DNA of 64,000 nucleotides from Clostridia bacterium (GTDB lineage Bacteria; Bacillota; Clostridia; UMGS1883): NCBI GenBank assembly GCA_045591265.1, contig JAZNSQ010000014.1, positions 69,386 to 133,385 of the forward strand, read 5' to 3'. Shown piece by piece: positions 55,296 to 64,000 of this stretch (position 1 is its first letter; each line of letters starts with the position of its first letter). The notes under the pieces were generated by a model. It saw only the letters and a program-made list of their open reading frames with translations, ran no database searches and was not told where the DNA came from. The position numbers and the translations under genes were made by a program.

Positions 55296-57546
55296 CCGCC
55301 TGTACAGGGACGGTATTTTCAAGTGTGGGCATACTTACTCTAAGACTTGGCGATTCTCGGATATAAACTACGCTGTGGCTTCTGATGATGACCAATTACA
55401 GATGTTTCTTGCTCATTCTGCACTCATAAACGGACTACCAACAGACGCTATGGCAAAAATAAGTGTTTTTAACAGACAGCTTAGTAAAGAGGTATTGTCG
55501 AGCTTGGCAATACCTAATGACGAGGGTAATTATTCTGTATATGCCAATGAGCTTGCAGAAATCTTTTCAGACAAAATGGCAGACAGTAATAACATTGTAC
55601 ACGATAAATATATAACCGTGTCGAGTGAGAAAAAGAATGTTGAAGAATCTCGGACATTCTTTACCCGTGTCGGAAACGATTTAACAGCCGATTTTGCAAA
55701 GCTGTCATCACATACTACGGAGCTTGGATATAAAGACAGGCTTCGTATTTTTTATGACTTTTTCAGAAACGGTGATGTCAATGACTTTGCCTTTGATATG
55801 AAAAAGGAAATGGCAAGGGGTAAATCCTTTAAGGACACTATATGCCCCGACAGCATTGAATTTAAGAGCGACCACATACGGCTCGGAGATAAGTTTGCAA
55901 GGGTTATTTTCCTAAAAGAATATCCGTCATTTCTAAAAGACAGTATGCTTTCGGAGCTGACGGATTTTTCACGCAGTATGATGTTGTCTGTTGATATACA
56001 GCCTATTCCGACAGATGATGCCGTGAAGCAAGTTCAGAAAAAGCTCCTTGCCATTGAAACGGATATTACCAAATGGCAACAGAAGCAAAATATGAATAAC
56101 AATTTTTCAGCTAATATCCCTTATGAAATGGAGCAAATGCGAAAAGAAATCAAAGAGTTTCTTGATGACCTTACCACAAGAGACCAACGAATGATGTTCG
56201 TTACGGTAACTCTTGTGCATATCGCAGACACTCTTGACGAGCTGAATAATGACACAGAAACGCTTTTATCTATCGGCAGAAAGCATTTATGCAACTTTGC
56301 AATTTTGAAATATCAGCAAGAGGACGGATTTAATACTGTTCTTCCGTATGGTTTGATGAAGATTAAAGCTATAAGAACGCTGACAACAGAAAGCACCGCC
56401 GTTTTAATACCATACAAAACACAGGAGATTATCGACAAAGAGGGTTTGTATTACGGAATTAACGCAATATCCCACAATCTTCTGATGTGTAATCGCAAAT
56501 TGTTATTGAACGGTAACGGCTTTGTTCTCGGTGTTTCCGGTTCAGGTAAATCCTTTGCTTCAAAGCTCGAAATTGCACTTGCAGCCATATTCTCAAAAGA
56601 TGATATTATTATCATTGACCCCGAAAGAGAATACTCACCACTCGTCAAAAATTTAGGTGGCGAGGTTATCAGACTATCGGCTGCTTCTAACAACTACATT
56701 AACGCTATGGCTATCAACAAAGATGTTGAGGACGAAAACCCTGTATCGCTGAAATCGGAGTTTTTAATTTCCTTGTTCGACCAACTTCTGAAGAACGGCG
56801 ATTCTCGTATGGGTGGCGGTGTCGGTGCAAAGGATAAGTCAATTATTGACCGTTGTGCAATCAGAGTTTACGCTGATTATATGAATGGCAGAACAGACAA
56901 AGAGCCTACTTTGGTACAGCTCCGTGATGAGCTGTTAAATCAACCTGAAGCAGAAGCTCACGACCTTGCACTTTGTCTTGAAATGTTTACTATGGGTAGC
57001 CTTAACGCATTTGCACACGAAAGTAATGTTGATGTCAACAAGCGTATTATAAGCTACGACATTTTAGAGCTTGGCGAACAGATGAAATCTATCGGCTTGC
57101 TCATTATGCTTGATAACATAATGAACAGAGTTATCGAAAACAGAAAGCGTGGCAGATACACAAGAGTTTACATTGACGAAGCACATCTTTTCTTTAAGAA
57201 TCAGTATAGTGCTGACTTTCTTTTGAAAGCGTGGAAACGCTTTAGAAAATACGGTGGTTTGCTTACAGGCATAACACAGAATATATCAGATTGCTTGCTA
57301 AATGAAACTGCAAGAGGTATGCTGTCAAACAGCGAATTTCTGTTAATGCTCAATCAATCGCCGTCAGATAGAAAAGACCTTGCAGAGCTTCTTAACATTT
57401 CCGATACTCAGATGAGCTACATCACCAATGCAGGAGCAGGACGAGGACTAATCAAAGTCGGTGGCTCAATCGTACCGTTTGTAAATGACTTTCCGACAGA
57501 TACGGAGCTTTACAAACTAATGTCAACGAAGCCCGGCGAGGGTTAA
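55216..57546 (+). CDS. virB4: VirB4 conjugation ATPase
   Basis: GVSGSGKSF, IIDPEREY, YIDEAH, KRFRKYGG, TQN. Confidence 0.95.
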   Translation: MFLFGKKKVKKEKRKIPKSVQQSIPIDRLYRDGIFKCGHTYSKTWRFSDINYAVASDDDQLQMFLAHSALINGLPTDAMAKISVFNRQLSKEVLSSLAIPNDEGNYSVYANELAEIFSDKMADSNNIVHDKYITVSSEKKNVEESRTFFTRVGNDLTADFAKLSSHTTELGYKDRLRIFYDFFRNGDVNDFAFDMKKEMARGKSFKDTICPDSIEFKSDHIRLGDKFARVIFLKEYPSFLKDSMLSELTDFSRSMMLSVDIQPIPTDDAVKQVQKKLLAIETDITKWQQKQNMNNNFSANIPYEMEQMRKEIKEFLDDLTTRDQRMMFVTVTLVHIADTLDELNNDTETLLSIGRKHLCNFAILKYQQEDGFNTVLPYGLMKIKAIRTLTTESTAVLIPYKTQEIIDKEGLYYGINAISHNLLMCNRKLLLNGNGFVLGVSGSGKSFASKLEIALAAIFSKDDIIIIDPEREYSPLVKNLGGEVIRLSAASNNYINAMAINKDVEDENPVSLKSEFLISLFDQLLKNGDSRMGGGVGAKDKSIIDRCAIRVYADYMNGRTDKEPTLVQLRDELLNQPEAEAHDLALCLEMFTMGSLNAFAHESNVDVNKRIISYDILELGEQMKSIGLLIMLDNIMNRVIENRKRGRYTRVYIDEAHLFFKNQYSADFLLKAWKRFRKYGGLLTGITQNISDCLLNETARGMLSNSEFLLMLNQSPSDRKDLAELLNISDTQMSYITNAGAGRGLIKVGGSIVPFVNDFPTDTELYKLMSTKPGEG

Positions 57547-57575
57547 TACAAAATAAATTTTGGAGGTATAACATT

Positions 57576-57848
57576 ATGTCAAAAGAATATAAAATAAATT
57601 TCAATGATTACAGCTTTCCCACAGAAGAAGGCACATACAAAGGTACGCTTGATTTTAAGAGGTATGGTAAAAAGCAGAATATACTTGCTTTTATAACCCT
57701 TGAAAACGGCGATAAGATAATCGGTGCTGCCTATAAGGACAACGATTATCACGGACTAAGGGAAATCGAGGTTGACAGTATGATTGAGGTTGTGTTTACG
57801 AAATCTCAAAGCGGAATGACACGACTTTCAGAAGTAAAAAAGATATAA
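57576..57848 (+). CDS. Hypothetical protein (90 aa)
   Basis: SD GGAGG; beta-rich sequence; hairpin at 57853-57885 downstream. Confidence 0.7.
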   Translation: MSKEYKINFNDYSFPTEEGTYKGTLDFKRYGKKQNILAFITLENGDKIIGAAYKDNDYHGLREIEVDSMIEVVFTKSQSGMTRLSEVKKI

Positions 57849-57903
57849 CGGATATGGGCGGAGCTTCGTGCTTCGCCCTTTCCATTTAAGGAGAGCGAAC
57901 ACT

Positions 57904-58935
57904 ATGAGCAAATATACTAACGCTGACCTTGCCGTAATGCGTAATTGGTCGCTTGAAAGAAAAATCCGTGTATCGCAGCTCCGCATTATGGAATGGTATA
58001 TGTACTATAAAGGAAATGTGTTTATTGCATTTTCCGGCGGTATTGATTCTACGGTTTTACTTGACTTAGCAAGACGAATATATCCGCATATTGAAGCTGT
58101 TTATGTCAATACCACAATGGAATATCCCGAAATGATAAAGTTCGTAAAAACCTTTGATGATTTGACAATTTTAAGACCTAAAATCAATTATGCGACAGTT
58201 ATTCAGAAATACGGCTATCCTGTACTTTCAAAAGAGGTGTCAAATTATATTCATAGGGTGAGAACTTATGACGGTTGCTTTGAAGCATACAAAAACGGAA
58301 TACATCTGAAGCCTGTGGAATGGTTGAGAGAAAACTTTTCAACCATTCCTTTTCCTTTTATGAAGTGTATGTTTGGTTTATCAAAGAAAACGGCTGATAA
58401 ATTCCTTGAAACAGGGATAATGCCTAAATCAAAATTTTCTATTCCTAAAAGGTGGCAATATCTTATAGACGCTCCGTTTTTGATAAATGACCGTTGCTGT
58501 TATCACCTAAAAAAAGCACCAATGACTTCTTACTGTAAAATAACAGGCAGTAAATCCATTGTCGGAACTCTTGCAGAAGAAAGCCTTTTAAGAAAACAGA
58601 TATGGTTGAAACAAGGCTGTAATGCCTTTGATGCAAAAGAGCCAAAGTCAACTCCGCTTTCCTTTTGGACTAAGCAGGACATCTTGGAATATCTGAACTT
58701 AACCAAAATTCCATATTGCAGTTTATACGGCGATATACAAAGAAATGAAAACGGCTTACTCTATCTTACAGGCTATCAGCGTACAGGCTGTGCCGGTTGT
58801 CTTTTTGGTTGTCATTTAGAGAGTGAGCCTAACAGATTACAAATGCTGAAAATCACGCACCCGTCATTGTATAATTATTTCTTTGATAAGCTCGATTACA
58901 AAACCGTGTGTGATTATATCGGCATACCTTATTAA
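57904..58935 (+). CDS. PAPS-reductase-family (PP-loop, Fe-S) protein
   Basis: AFSGGIDSTVL, NTTMEYPE, RCCYHLKK, QRTGCAGC. Confidence 0.88.
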   Translation: MSKYTNADLAVMRNWSLERKIRVSQLRIMEWYMYYKGNVFIAFSGGIDSTVLLDLARRIYPHIEAVYVNTTMEYPEMIKFVKTFDDLTILRPKINYATVIQKYGYPVLSKEVSNYIHRVRTYDGCFEAYKNGIHLKPVEWLRENFSTIPFPFMKCMFGLSKKTADKFLETGIMPKSKFSIPKRWQYLIDAPFLINDRCCYHLKKAPMTSYCKITGSKSIVGTLAEESLLRKQIWLKQGCNAFDAKEPKSTPLSFWTKQDILEYLNLTKIPYCSLYGDIQRNENGLLYLTGYQRTGCAGCLFGCHLESEPNRLQMLKITHPSLYNYFFDKLDYKTVCDYIGIPY

Positions 58936-58949
58936 AGTTGGAGGACATT

Positions 58950-59435
58950 ATGAAAAACAAAATAACAGAAAAAATATTTAATCTTGTCTATACAGATTCT
59001 TTGACAGAAACACTTAACCGTGTTTCCTATGATGAACGGATGAAAAAGCTACGCAGTAAAAGAACTGTATATGATAATATGACGGTTGCTGTTGTAAGCC
59101 TTTATGAGTTGAAGCAGATTATTTCTGCTTATGGCTTGCATACAGGCGATGAAGCTATCAGATTTGTTGCTGATACACTCAAAAAGACCATTGGTGAACA
59201 GGCTGATATATTCCGTGTCAGCGACAATGAGTTTGTGTGTATTGCGGATAAAAACATACTGTCTTTTGTTTCTCAATTTATGGATTTTATGAGCTTTGAA
59301 AATAAAGACCGTTGTTTGAAAGTGCGAGTTGCTGTCGGTTACGGAGTATATAACAACAAAAAGCATAAATCCATTGATGATTTAATTAAATACTGTGAAA
59401 TGAAGATGTGCAGAGATATAAAATCCACAAAGTAA
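58950..59435 (+). CDS. Degenerate stand-alone GGDEF domain protein
   Basis: TDSLTETLNR, YGLHTGDEAI, FRVSDNEF in place of RxGGDEF. Confidence 0.8.
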   Translation: MKNKITEKIFNLVYTDSLTETLNRVSYDERMKKLRSKRTVYDNMTVAVVSLYELKQIISAYGLHTGDEAIRFVADTLKKTIGEQADIFRVSDNEFVCIADKNILSFVSQFMDFMSFENKDRCLKVRVAVGYGVYNNKKHKSIDDLIKYCEMKMCRDIKSTK

Positions 59436-59449
59436 TGAGGTGATTTTCT

Positions 59450-61807
59450 TTGAGTGAGAAAGATATTAAGACAAAACCAACCTCTACTCCAAAGACGGTA
59501 AAAAACACACCCAAAATTGCAGTTAAAGGCAAAGAAGCTGTTACAAACACGGTTAAAGATGCAAAGGCTGTAATGAAAGATACTATTGTCAAGCAGACTA
59601 TTGAAAAACAGCTATCTTCTGCATCGGAACAGCAACAGACAGACCGCCCCGAAAACTACGCTGTTGACAATGTAGAAAATACTGCTTACACAACGGCAGA
59701 TACAGCATATCACAAAAGCAAGACCTTTGTTCAGAACAGAATTAAGGAGCATAATCACAAGGTAAAAGCAAGAGATAATGAAGCTCCCGAAGCACCGTCT
59801 GATGAACAGTTACCCACCGATGAAGCAAACGCACCTAAAACAGCCGAGAATGAGCCTAAAACGGCAGAAAATTATAGCAATAAGGAAACTGTAACGAAAA
59901 ACGAAAAAGCCGTTGAACAGGCTAAAACAAACGCACAGCAAAAATCAGCAGTTAAGACCAAAGAGGAATATTTGAAATCGCAAAACGGCAGTACGGACAA
60001 TGTTTCTGCTCACGGTGTCAAGACAAAAGAAAATTATATCCGTGAGCATACACCCGAAAATGCCGTAAAAGGTGTCAAGTCAAAATCAGCAACAGATAAA
60101 AACCCAACTACTGATACTGCTATAACCCTAAAAGATGCACGAAAAGAATATGTTTCCGGCAAACTGAAAACAAAAGCTGAATACGAGAAAAAACAAGCTG
60201 AAGAACTGCAAGCTCAAAATGCCGAAAACACTTCTACTGCTTCACACGGAAATCAACCCAAAGAAAAGATTGTTGACGGAAAGGTTGAAACTGCTGATAA
60301 AGCAAAAGCGGATAAGCCTGTTGTCAAGACCAAAGAGAGCTATATGCAATCTTTGAGGGACAGTAAATCCGAAATTGTGAAATCGCCTTATAACACACCT
60401 AAATCAAAGGAAACTGTAAAAGGTGTTAATCGAAGCACAACCAACTCAAAAAAAGCATTGAAAACCCGTGATAATGTTGTCGGCAAATCTAAATCCATTG
60501 TAAAAAGCGGTAACGCATACAAAGGAAAAGCAGCAAAAGCAAAAACAGCAAAGGCAACTAAACAGGCTGTAAAAACTCAAAAAGAGTTTGCTAAGAAAAC
60601 AGCTAAAGAAGCTGCACGGCAAGCAAAACAAGCAGCTATCAAAGCAGCAAGGGCAGCAAAGGTTATAGCGATAAAAACCGCTAAAGCTGTTGCAGCTATC
60701 GGTAAGGCTGTTGTAGCCGCAGTTACAAAAGCAGCAGCAGCTTTTTTTGCAGCCTTTGGTTGGATTGGTGTAGCGGTTGTTTTGGTAATTCTGATTGTTA
60801 TTATAATCGTTGCAGCAATCGCCGGAAGTCCTTTCGGGATATTTATTTCTGACGAAGCAGCAGATGCAGACAGCATACCCATATCTTCTATTGTTGCAGA
60901 GTGTAATGTTGAGCTTTCAAATAAGCTGACGGAAATCGAGGATAACACAACACACGACAGAGTGGTTATGGAGGGTGAACAAACTGAATGGGGGTTGGTG
61001 CTTTCGGTGTTCGCTGTTAAGGTTGCAGGAGTTGAGGACGATACAGTACAAGATGTTGTTGTAATTGATGATGCTAAAAAACAAAAGCTCAAAGATGTGT
61101 TTTGGGATATGAACACAATCACTTCCCGAACTGAAACTGTAACAAGCGGAGAAACATCTGAAACGGTTTTGTACATCACAATTACACCTAAAACAAAAGA
61201 CGATATGATTTCAGAATACGGGTTTACACGAAAACAGCAAGAAGCTCTTGAAACATTGCTTGAAAATAGTGATGCGTATATTGGAGCTACACAAAGCCTT
61301 GCAATTTCTGATGCAACAGCACAAGAGATTATTGATTCACTTCCCGACAGTTTATCTGAGGAAAGAAAGCAAGTTATAAAAAAGGCTTGTTCTCTTGTCG
61401 GAAAAGTGAACTACTTTTGGGGCGGTAAATCCGCAGCTATCGGTTGGGATAGCGAATGGGGCAAGTTAAAACTTGTTACTGCTGAAGGTAGTCGCTCATC
61501 GGGAAGTATGCGACCTTTCGGACTTGATTGTTCGGGATTTGTTACTTGGAGTTTTGTCAATGCCGGATTTTCAGCTTCAGATATAGGACACGGAACATCT
61601 ACACAGGTTTCAAAAGGCACAAGAATATCTTTATCTTCCGCAAAAGCCGGAGATTTAGCTTTTTACAATGATGTTTCGCACGTTGGCATTGTTGCGGGAA
61701 AAGATGATAGTGGCAATGTGCTTGTCATTCATTGTTCAAGCGGAGCAAATAATGTTGTTATCACAACAGGCGGTTTTGGTTTTGCGGTAAGACCAAACTG
61801 CTATTAA
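59450..61807 (+). CDS. NlpC/P60 cell-wall hydrolase (VirB1-like)
   Basis: Long basic N-region, TM helix, VNYFWGG, GLDCSGFV, HVGIV. Confidence 0.9.
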   Translation: MSEKDIKTKPTSTPKTVKNTPKIAVKGKEAVTNTVKDAKAVMKDTIVKQTIEKQLSSASEQQQTDRPENYAVDNVENTAYTTADTAYHKSKTFVQNRIKEHNHKVKARDNEAPEAPSDEQLPTDEANAPKTAENEPKTAENYSNKETVTKNEKAVEQAKTNAQQKSAVKTKEEYLKSQNGSTDNVSAHGVKTKENYIREHTPENAVKGVKSKSATDKNPTTDTAITLKDARKEYVSGKLKTKAEYEKKQAEELQAQNAENTSTASHGNQPKEKIVDGKVETADKAKADKPVVKTKESYMQSLRDSKSEIVKSPYNTPKSKETVKGVNRSTTNSKKALKTRDNVVGKSKSIVKSGNAYKGKAAKAKTAKATKQAVKTQKEFAKKTAKEAARQAKQAAIKAARAAKVIAIKTAKAVAAIGKAVVAAVTKAAAAFFAAFGWIGVAVVLVILIVIIIVAAIAGSPFGIFISDEAADADSIPISSIVAECNVELSNKLTEIEDNTTHDRVVMEGEQTEWGLVLSVFAVKVAGVEDDTVQDVVVIDDAKKQKLKDVFWDMNTITSRTETVTSGETSETVLYITITPKTKDDMISEYGFTRKQQEALETLLENSDAYIGATQSLAISDATAQEIIDSLPDSLSEERKQVIKKACSLVGKVNYFWGGKSAAIGWDSEWGKLKLVTAEGSRSSGSMRPFGLDCSGFVTWSFVNAGFSASDIGHGTSTQVSKGTRISLSSAKAGDLAFYNDVSHVGIVAGKDDSGNVLVIHCSSGANNVVITTGGFGFAVRPNCY

Positions 61808-61857
61808 ATACAAAAATCGGAGGTGTTTTTTTCAACATCTCCGATTGTATTTTTTTA
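61806..61857. terminator. Bidirectional terminator closing the tra operon
   Basis: AAAAATCGGAGGTGTT...AACATCTCCGATTGTATTTTTTT. Confidence 0.8.
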
Positions 61858-61967
61858 ATCAAGTACATTACTTAATTGCTTTATGTAGAAATACTGTACA
61901 AATGCCATAAAATCAAGGTTTCATAGCTTCTTTACAGAAATAGTCTATGATAAAATATTTATAGTCA

Positions 61968-61996
61968 ATTATATCATTTTATTGCTCAAAAATCAA
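61968..61996 (-). promoter_or_regulatory. Outward-facing SigA promoter in the invertible segment
   Basis: Minus strand TTGATT-17bp-TATAAT with extended TG. Confidence 0.7.
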
Positions 61997-62061
61997 GATT
62001 TTGGGTATATTTTTGTGAAATTCGCCGTCAAAATTTTAGTCAGAAAGAGAGGTATAAATAT

Positions 62062-63162
62062 ATGGCACGACACGGAGAAAATATTTATAAGAGAAAAGAT
62101 GGAAGATGGGAAGGCAGATATATAAAAGGATATGATGTAGATGGAAAGGCTCAAAACGGATATGTGTATGGAAAAACCTATAAAGAAGCAAAAGAAAAAT
62201 TGACGATTGCAAAAGCCAATACGAAAATTGAGAAAAAAGTTATATCTTCAGATATGACAGTTTCTATGTGGTTTGACAAATGGCTTGAATCGCAAAAAAG
62301 AATTAAACGCTCGTCTTATACTACCTATTCATCAAATATCAATAAGCACATTAAAAAGCGACTTGGTGCAATAAAGTTAAAAGCATTGTCAGATGAACAT
62401 ATACAGCAGTTTGTTGATGAGTTGTTGGCGGTGCTTGCTCCAAAGTCTGTAAGGTCTGTGTTTTCCATTCTCAGATTAGGACTTGATGAAGCTGCTGAAC
62501 AAAACTTGACCTCCGATTTGTGTAGAAAAATCAAACTACCAAAAGTCAAACGAAAAGAGGTTAAAGTTTTCAATAAGCCGGAGCAAAAGGCTATCGAAGC
62601 CTATATAGAAACATCGAAAAATCCAAATGACATTGGTATTCTTATTTGCTTTTATACAGGTATAAGAATTGGTGAATTATGTGCATTGAGTTGGGAAAAT
62701 ATTGACTTAAAAAGAGGTGTTATCTCTATTGAGCATACTTTGTATCGGGTAAAAAGTAAAGACGGCAAAAAGAAAACTGAATTGAAAATATCCACACCGA
62801 AAAGCGAATCATCTATTAGAGATATACCACTTCCAAAGTTTTTAATCGCCAAGCTGAAAGCGATAGAAATTGGGAGTGGTTTTCTTATTCAAAGGAAAGG
62901 CAAATTTATTGAGCCTAATGTATATTCAAGAAGATACAAAGATATATTGTCGGAGCTTGATATACCATATCGTAAATTTCACTCGACAAGACACACTTTT
63001 GCTACAAGAGCATTGGAGATTGGTATGGATATTAAAACACTTTCAGAAATACTCGGTCATTCATCACCAACCGTTACGCTCAATCTATATTCACATTCTC
63101 TGCCGGAGCATAAACGAAAAGAAATGGATAGACTCGGCAAACTATATAATCCGTCAAATTAG
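62062..63162 (+). CDS. Tyrosine recombinase/integrase
   Basis: Arm-binding N-domain (IYKRKDGRWEGRY); intact TGIRIGE, HSTRH, LGH, Y catalytic set. Confidence 0.93.
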   Translation: MARHGENIYKRKDGRWEGRYIKGYDVDGKAQNGYVYGKTYKEAKEKLTIAKANTKIEKKVISSDMTVSMWFDKWLESQKRIKRSSYTTYSSNINKHIKKRLGAIKLKALSDEHIQQFVDELLAVLAPKSVRSVFSILRLGLDEAAEQNLTSDLCRKIKLPKVKRKEVKVFNKPEQKAIEAYIETSKNPNDIGILICFYTGIRIGELCALSWENIDLKRGVISIEHTLYRVKSKDGKKKTELKISTPKSESSIRDIPLPKFLIAKLKAIEIGSGFLIQRKGKFIEPNVYSRRYKDILSELDIPYRKFHSTRHTFATRALEIGMDIKTLSEILGHSSPTVTLNLYSHSLPEHKRKEMDRLGKLYNPSN

Positions 63163-63297
63163 TCCGTCATTGTAAAATAAATAGTGCTTGATAAGGGCAA
63201 AAATGAGAATTAGTCATTAAGTAATGTACTTAACGACTTTTATTTTTGCCCGAAATCAAGTATTTAATCATATAGACGGATAATCGGAGGATTTATT

Positions 63298-63798
63298 ATG
63301 AGTGAAAAGGAACTACGACAACATAGATGTTGTTTTACAGGGCATCGCCCACACAAACTAAATATTTCAGAAAATGAGGTTAAAGACCTTTTGCAAACTG
63401 CAATAAAAAAAGCTATCAATGACGGATTCACGACATTTATTTCGGGTATGGCTTGCGGTATAGATATGTGGGCAGCCGAGCTTGTGCTTGAAGAAAAGAA
63501 ATATGATGATAGAATCAAGCTGATATGTGCTTCTCCATACGAAGGATTTGAAAAGCGGTGGTCTGATGTTGAAAGAAAATGCTATAATGATATTATGCAA
63601 AGAGCTGACTATGTAAAATATGTGTGCGAACACTATTCAAGACAATGCTTTCAAATTCGTAATGTATTTATGGTTGACCACAGTTCAAGAGTTATTGCAG
63701 CGTATAACGGAGAAAGTGGCGGTACAAAAAACACCATAAGGTATGCAAAAGGAAAAGGTGTTGAGATAGTCAACATTTTAGAATATGGGGAGATATAA
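63298..63798 (+). CDS. SLOG superfamily YspA-like (DUF1273) protein
   Basis: CCFTGHRP, FISGMACGIDMWAAE, IRNVFMVDHS..GGTKNT. Confidence 0.88.
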   Translation: MSEKELRQHRCCFTGHRPHKLNISENEVKDLLQTAIKKAINDGFTTFISGMACGIDMWAAELVLEEKKYDDRIKLICASPYEGFEKRWSDVERKCYNDIMQRADYVKYVCEHYSRQCFQIRNVFMVDHSSRVIAAYNGESGGTKNTIRYAKGKGVEIVNILEYGEI

Positions 63799-63807
63799 GG
63801 TGAAACT

Positions 63808-64000
63808 ATGATTGTAATAGTATGTATAGACGATAATTTAGGAATGACCTTTAATAAAAGACGACAAAGCAGAGATATATTACTCATTCAAAAAGTTGTT
63901 GAAATGGCAAAGAACAGTAAAATATGGGTAAACAAGTATTCTTATCCTCTTTTTGAGGAAGTAGGCACAGTTAATGTTAATGTTGATGAAACATTTTTAT
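63808..64000 (+). CDS. DHFR-fold-like hypothetical protein (partial)
   Basis: MIVIVCIDDNLGMTFNKRRQSRD; open to window end. Confidence 0.65.
   Translation, partial: MIVIVCIDDNLGMTFNKRRQSRDILLIQKVVEMAKNSKIWVNKYSYPLFEEVGTVNVNVDETFL

Larger units (their letters stand above)
61861..63231. mobile_element. Candidate invertible segment bounded by 16-bp inverted repeats
   Basis: AAGTACATTACTTAAT (61861-61876) and its exact reverse complement ATTAAGTAATGTACTT (63216-63231) enclose an integrase. Confidence 0.65.
24373..64000 (+). mobile_element. Integrative conjugative element (RepA_N/ParAB, MOB-P relaxase, Gram-positive T4SS); right end outside window
   Basis: tRNA fragment boundary, TTAGCAA tandem repeat at 24515-24535, all genes co-oriented, full conjugation module. 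Confidence 0.92.

Noticed and set aside
62062-63162. This recombinase as the ICE integrase or right boundary
   Set aside because: No tRNA-Arg repeat nearby; its flanking sites are inverted and unrelated to the 24329-24372 att core

Overview
The window comes from a low-GC, sporulating Clostridia-type Firmicute and has two parts. Bases 1-24.3 kb are core chromosome: ybaB-dnaX-SRP RNA, rpsF-ssb-rpsR, a sugar ABC transporter, rpmG-secE-nusG-rplKAJL, murD, HPr and three M42 peptidases. From about 24,373 to beyond the right edge lies an integrative conjugative element (ICE) whose left boundary is the 3' half of tRNA-Arg(CCT). It carries RepA_N with internal iterons, ParAB, a string of small unknown genes, a 2852-aa ArdC/MutS-I/methyltransferase/SF2-helicase protein, a putative oriT, MobC, a MOB-P relaxase, PcfB, an SLH adhesin, a Gram-positive T4SS (VirD4, pilin-like, VirB6, PrgI, VirB4, NlpC/P60) and cargo genes. 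Three observations stand out. (1) Fifteen soluble ICE proteins, including the relaxase and ParA/ParB, end in a terminal Arg, 11 of them in ER-stop and nearly all after a Lys/Arg-rich stretch; no T4SS structural protein does, so this is a candidate conjugative protein-export signal. (2) A complete TnpV transcription unit (promoter, RBS, CDS, terminator) is nested in the +1 frame of the giant helicase gene. (3) A tyrosine recombinase plus an outward-facing promoter sits between inverted 16-bp crossover-like sites, a candidate phase-variation switch for a downstream SLOG operon. Family assignments come from motif recognition by eye; no database searches were run.
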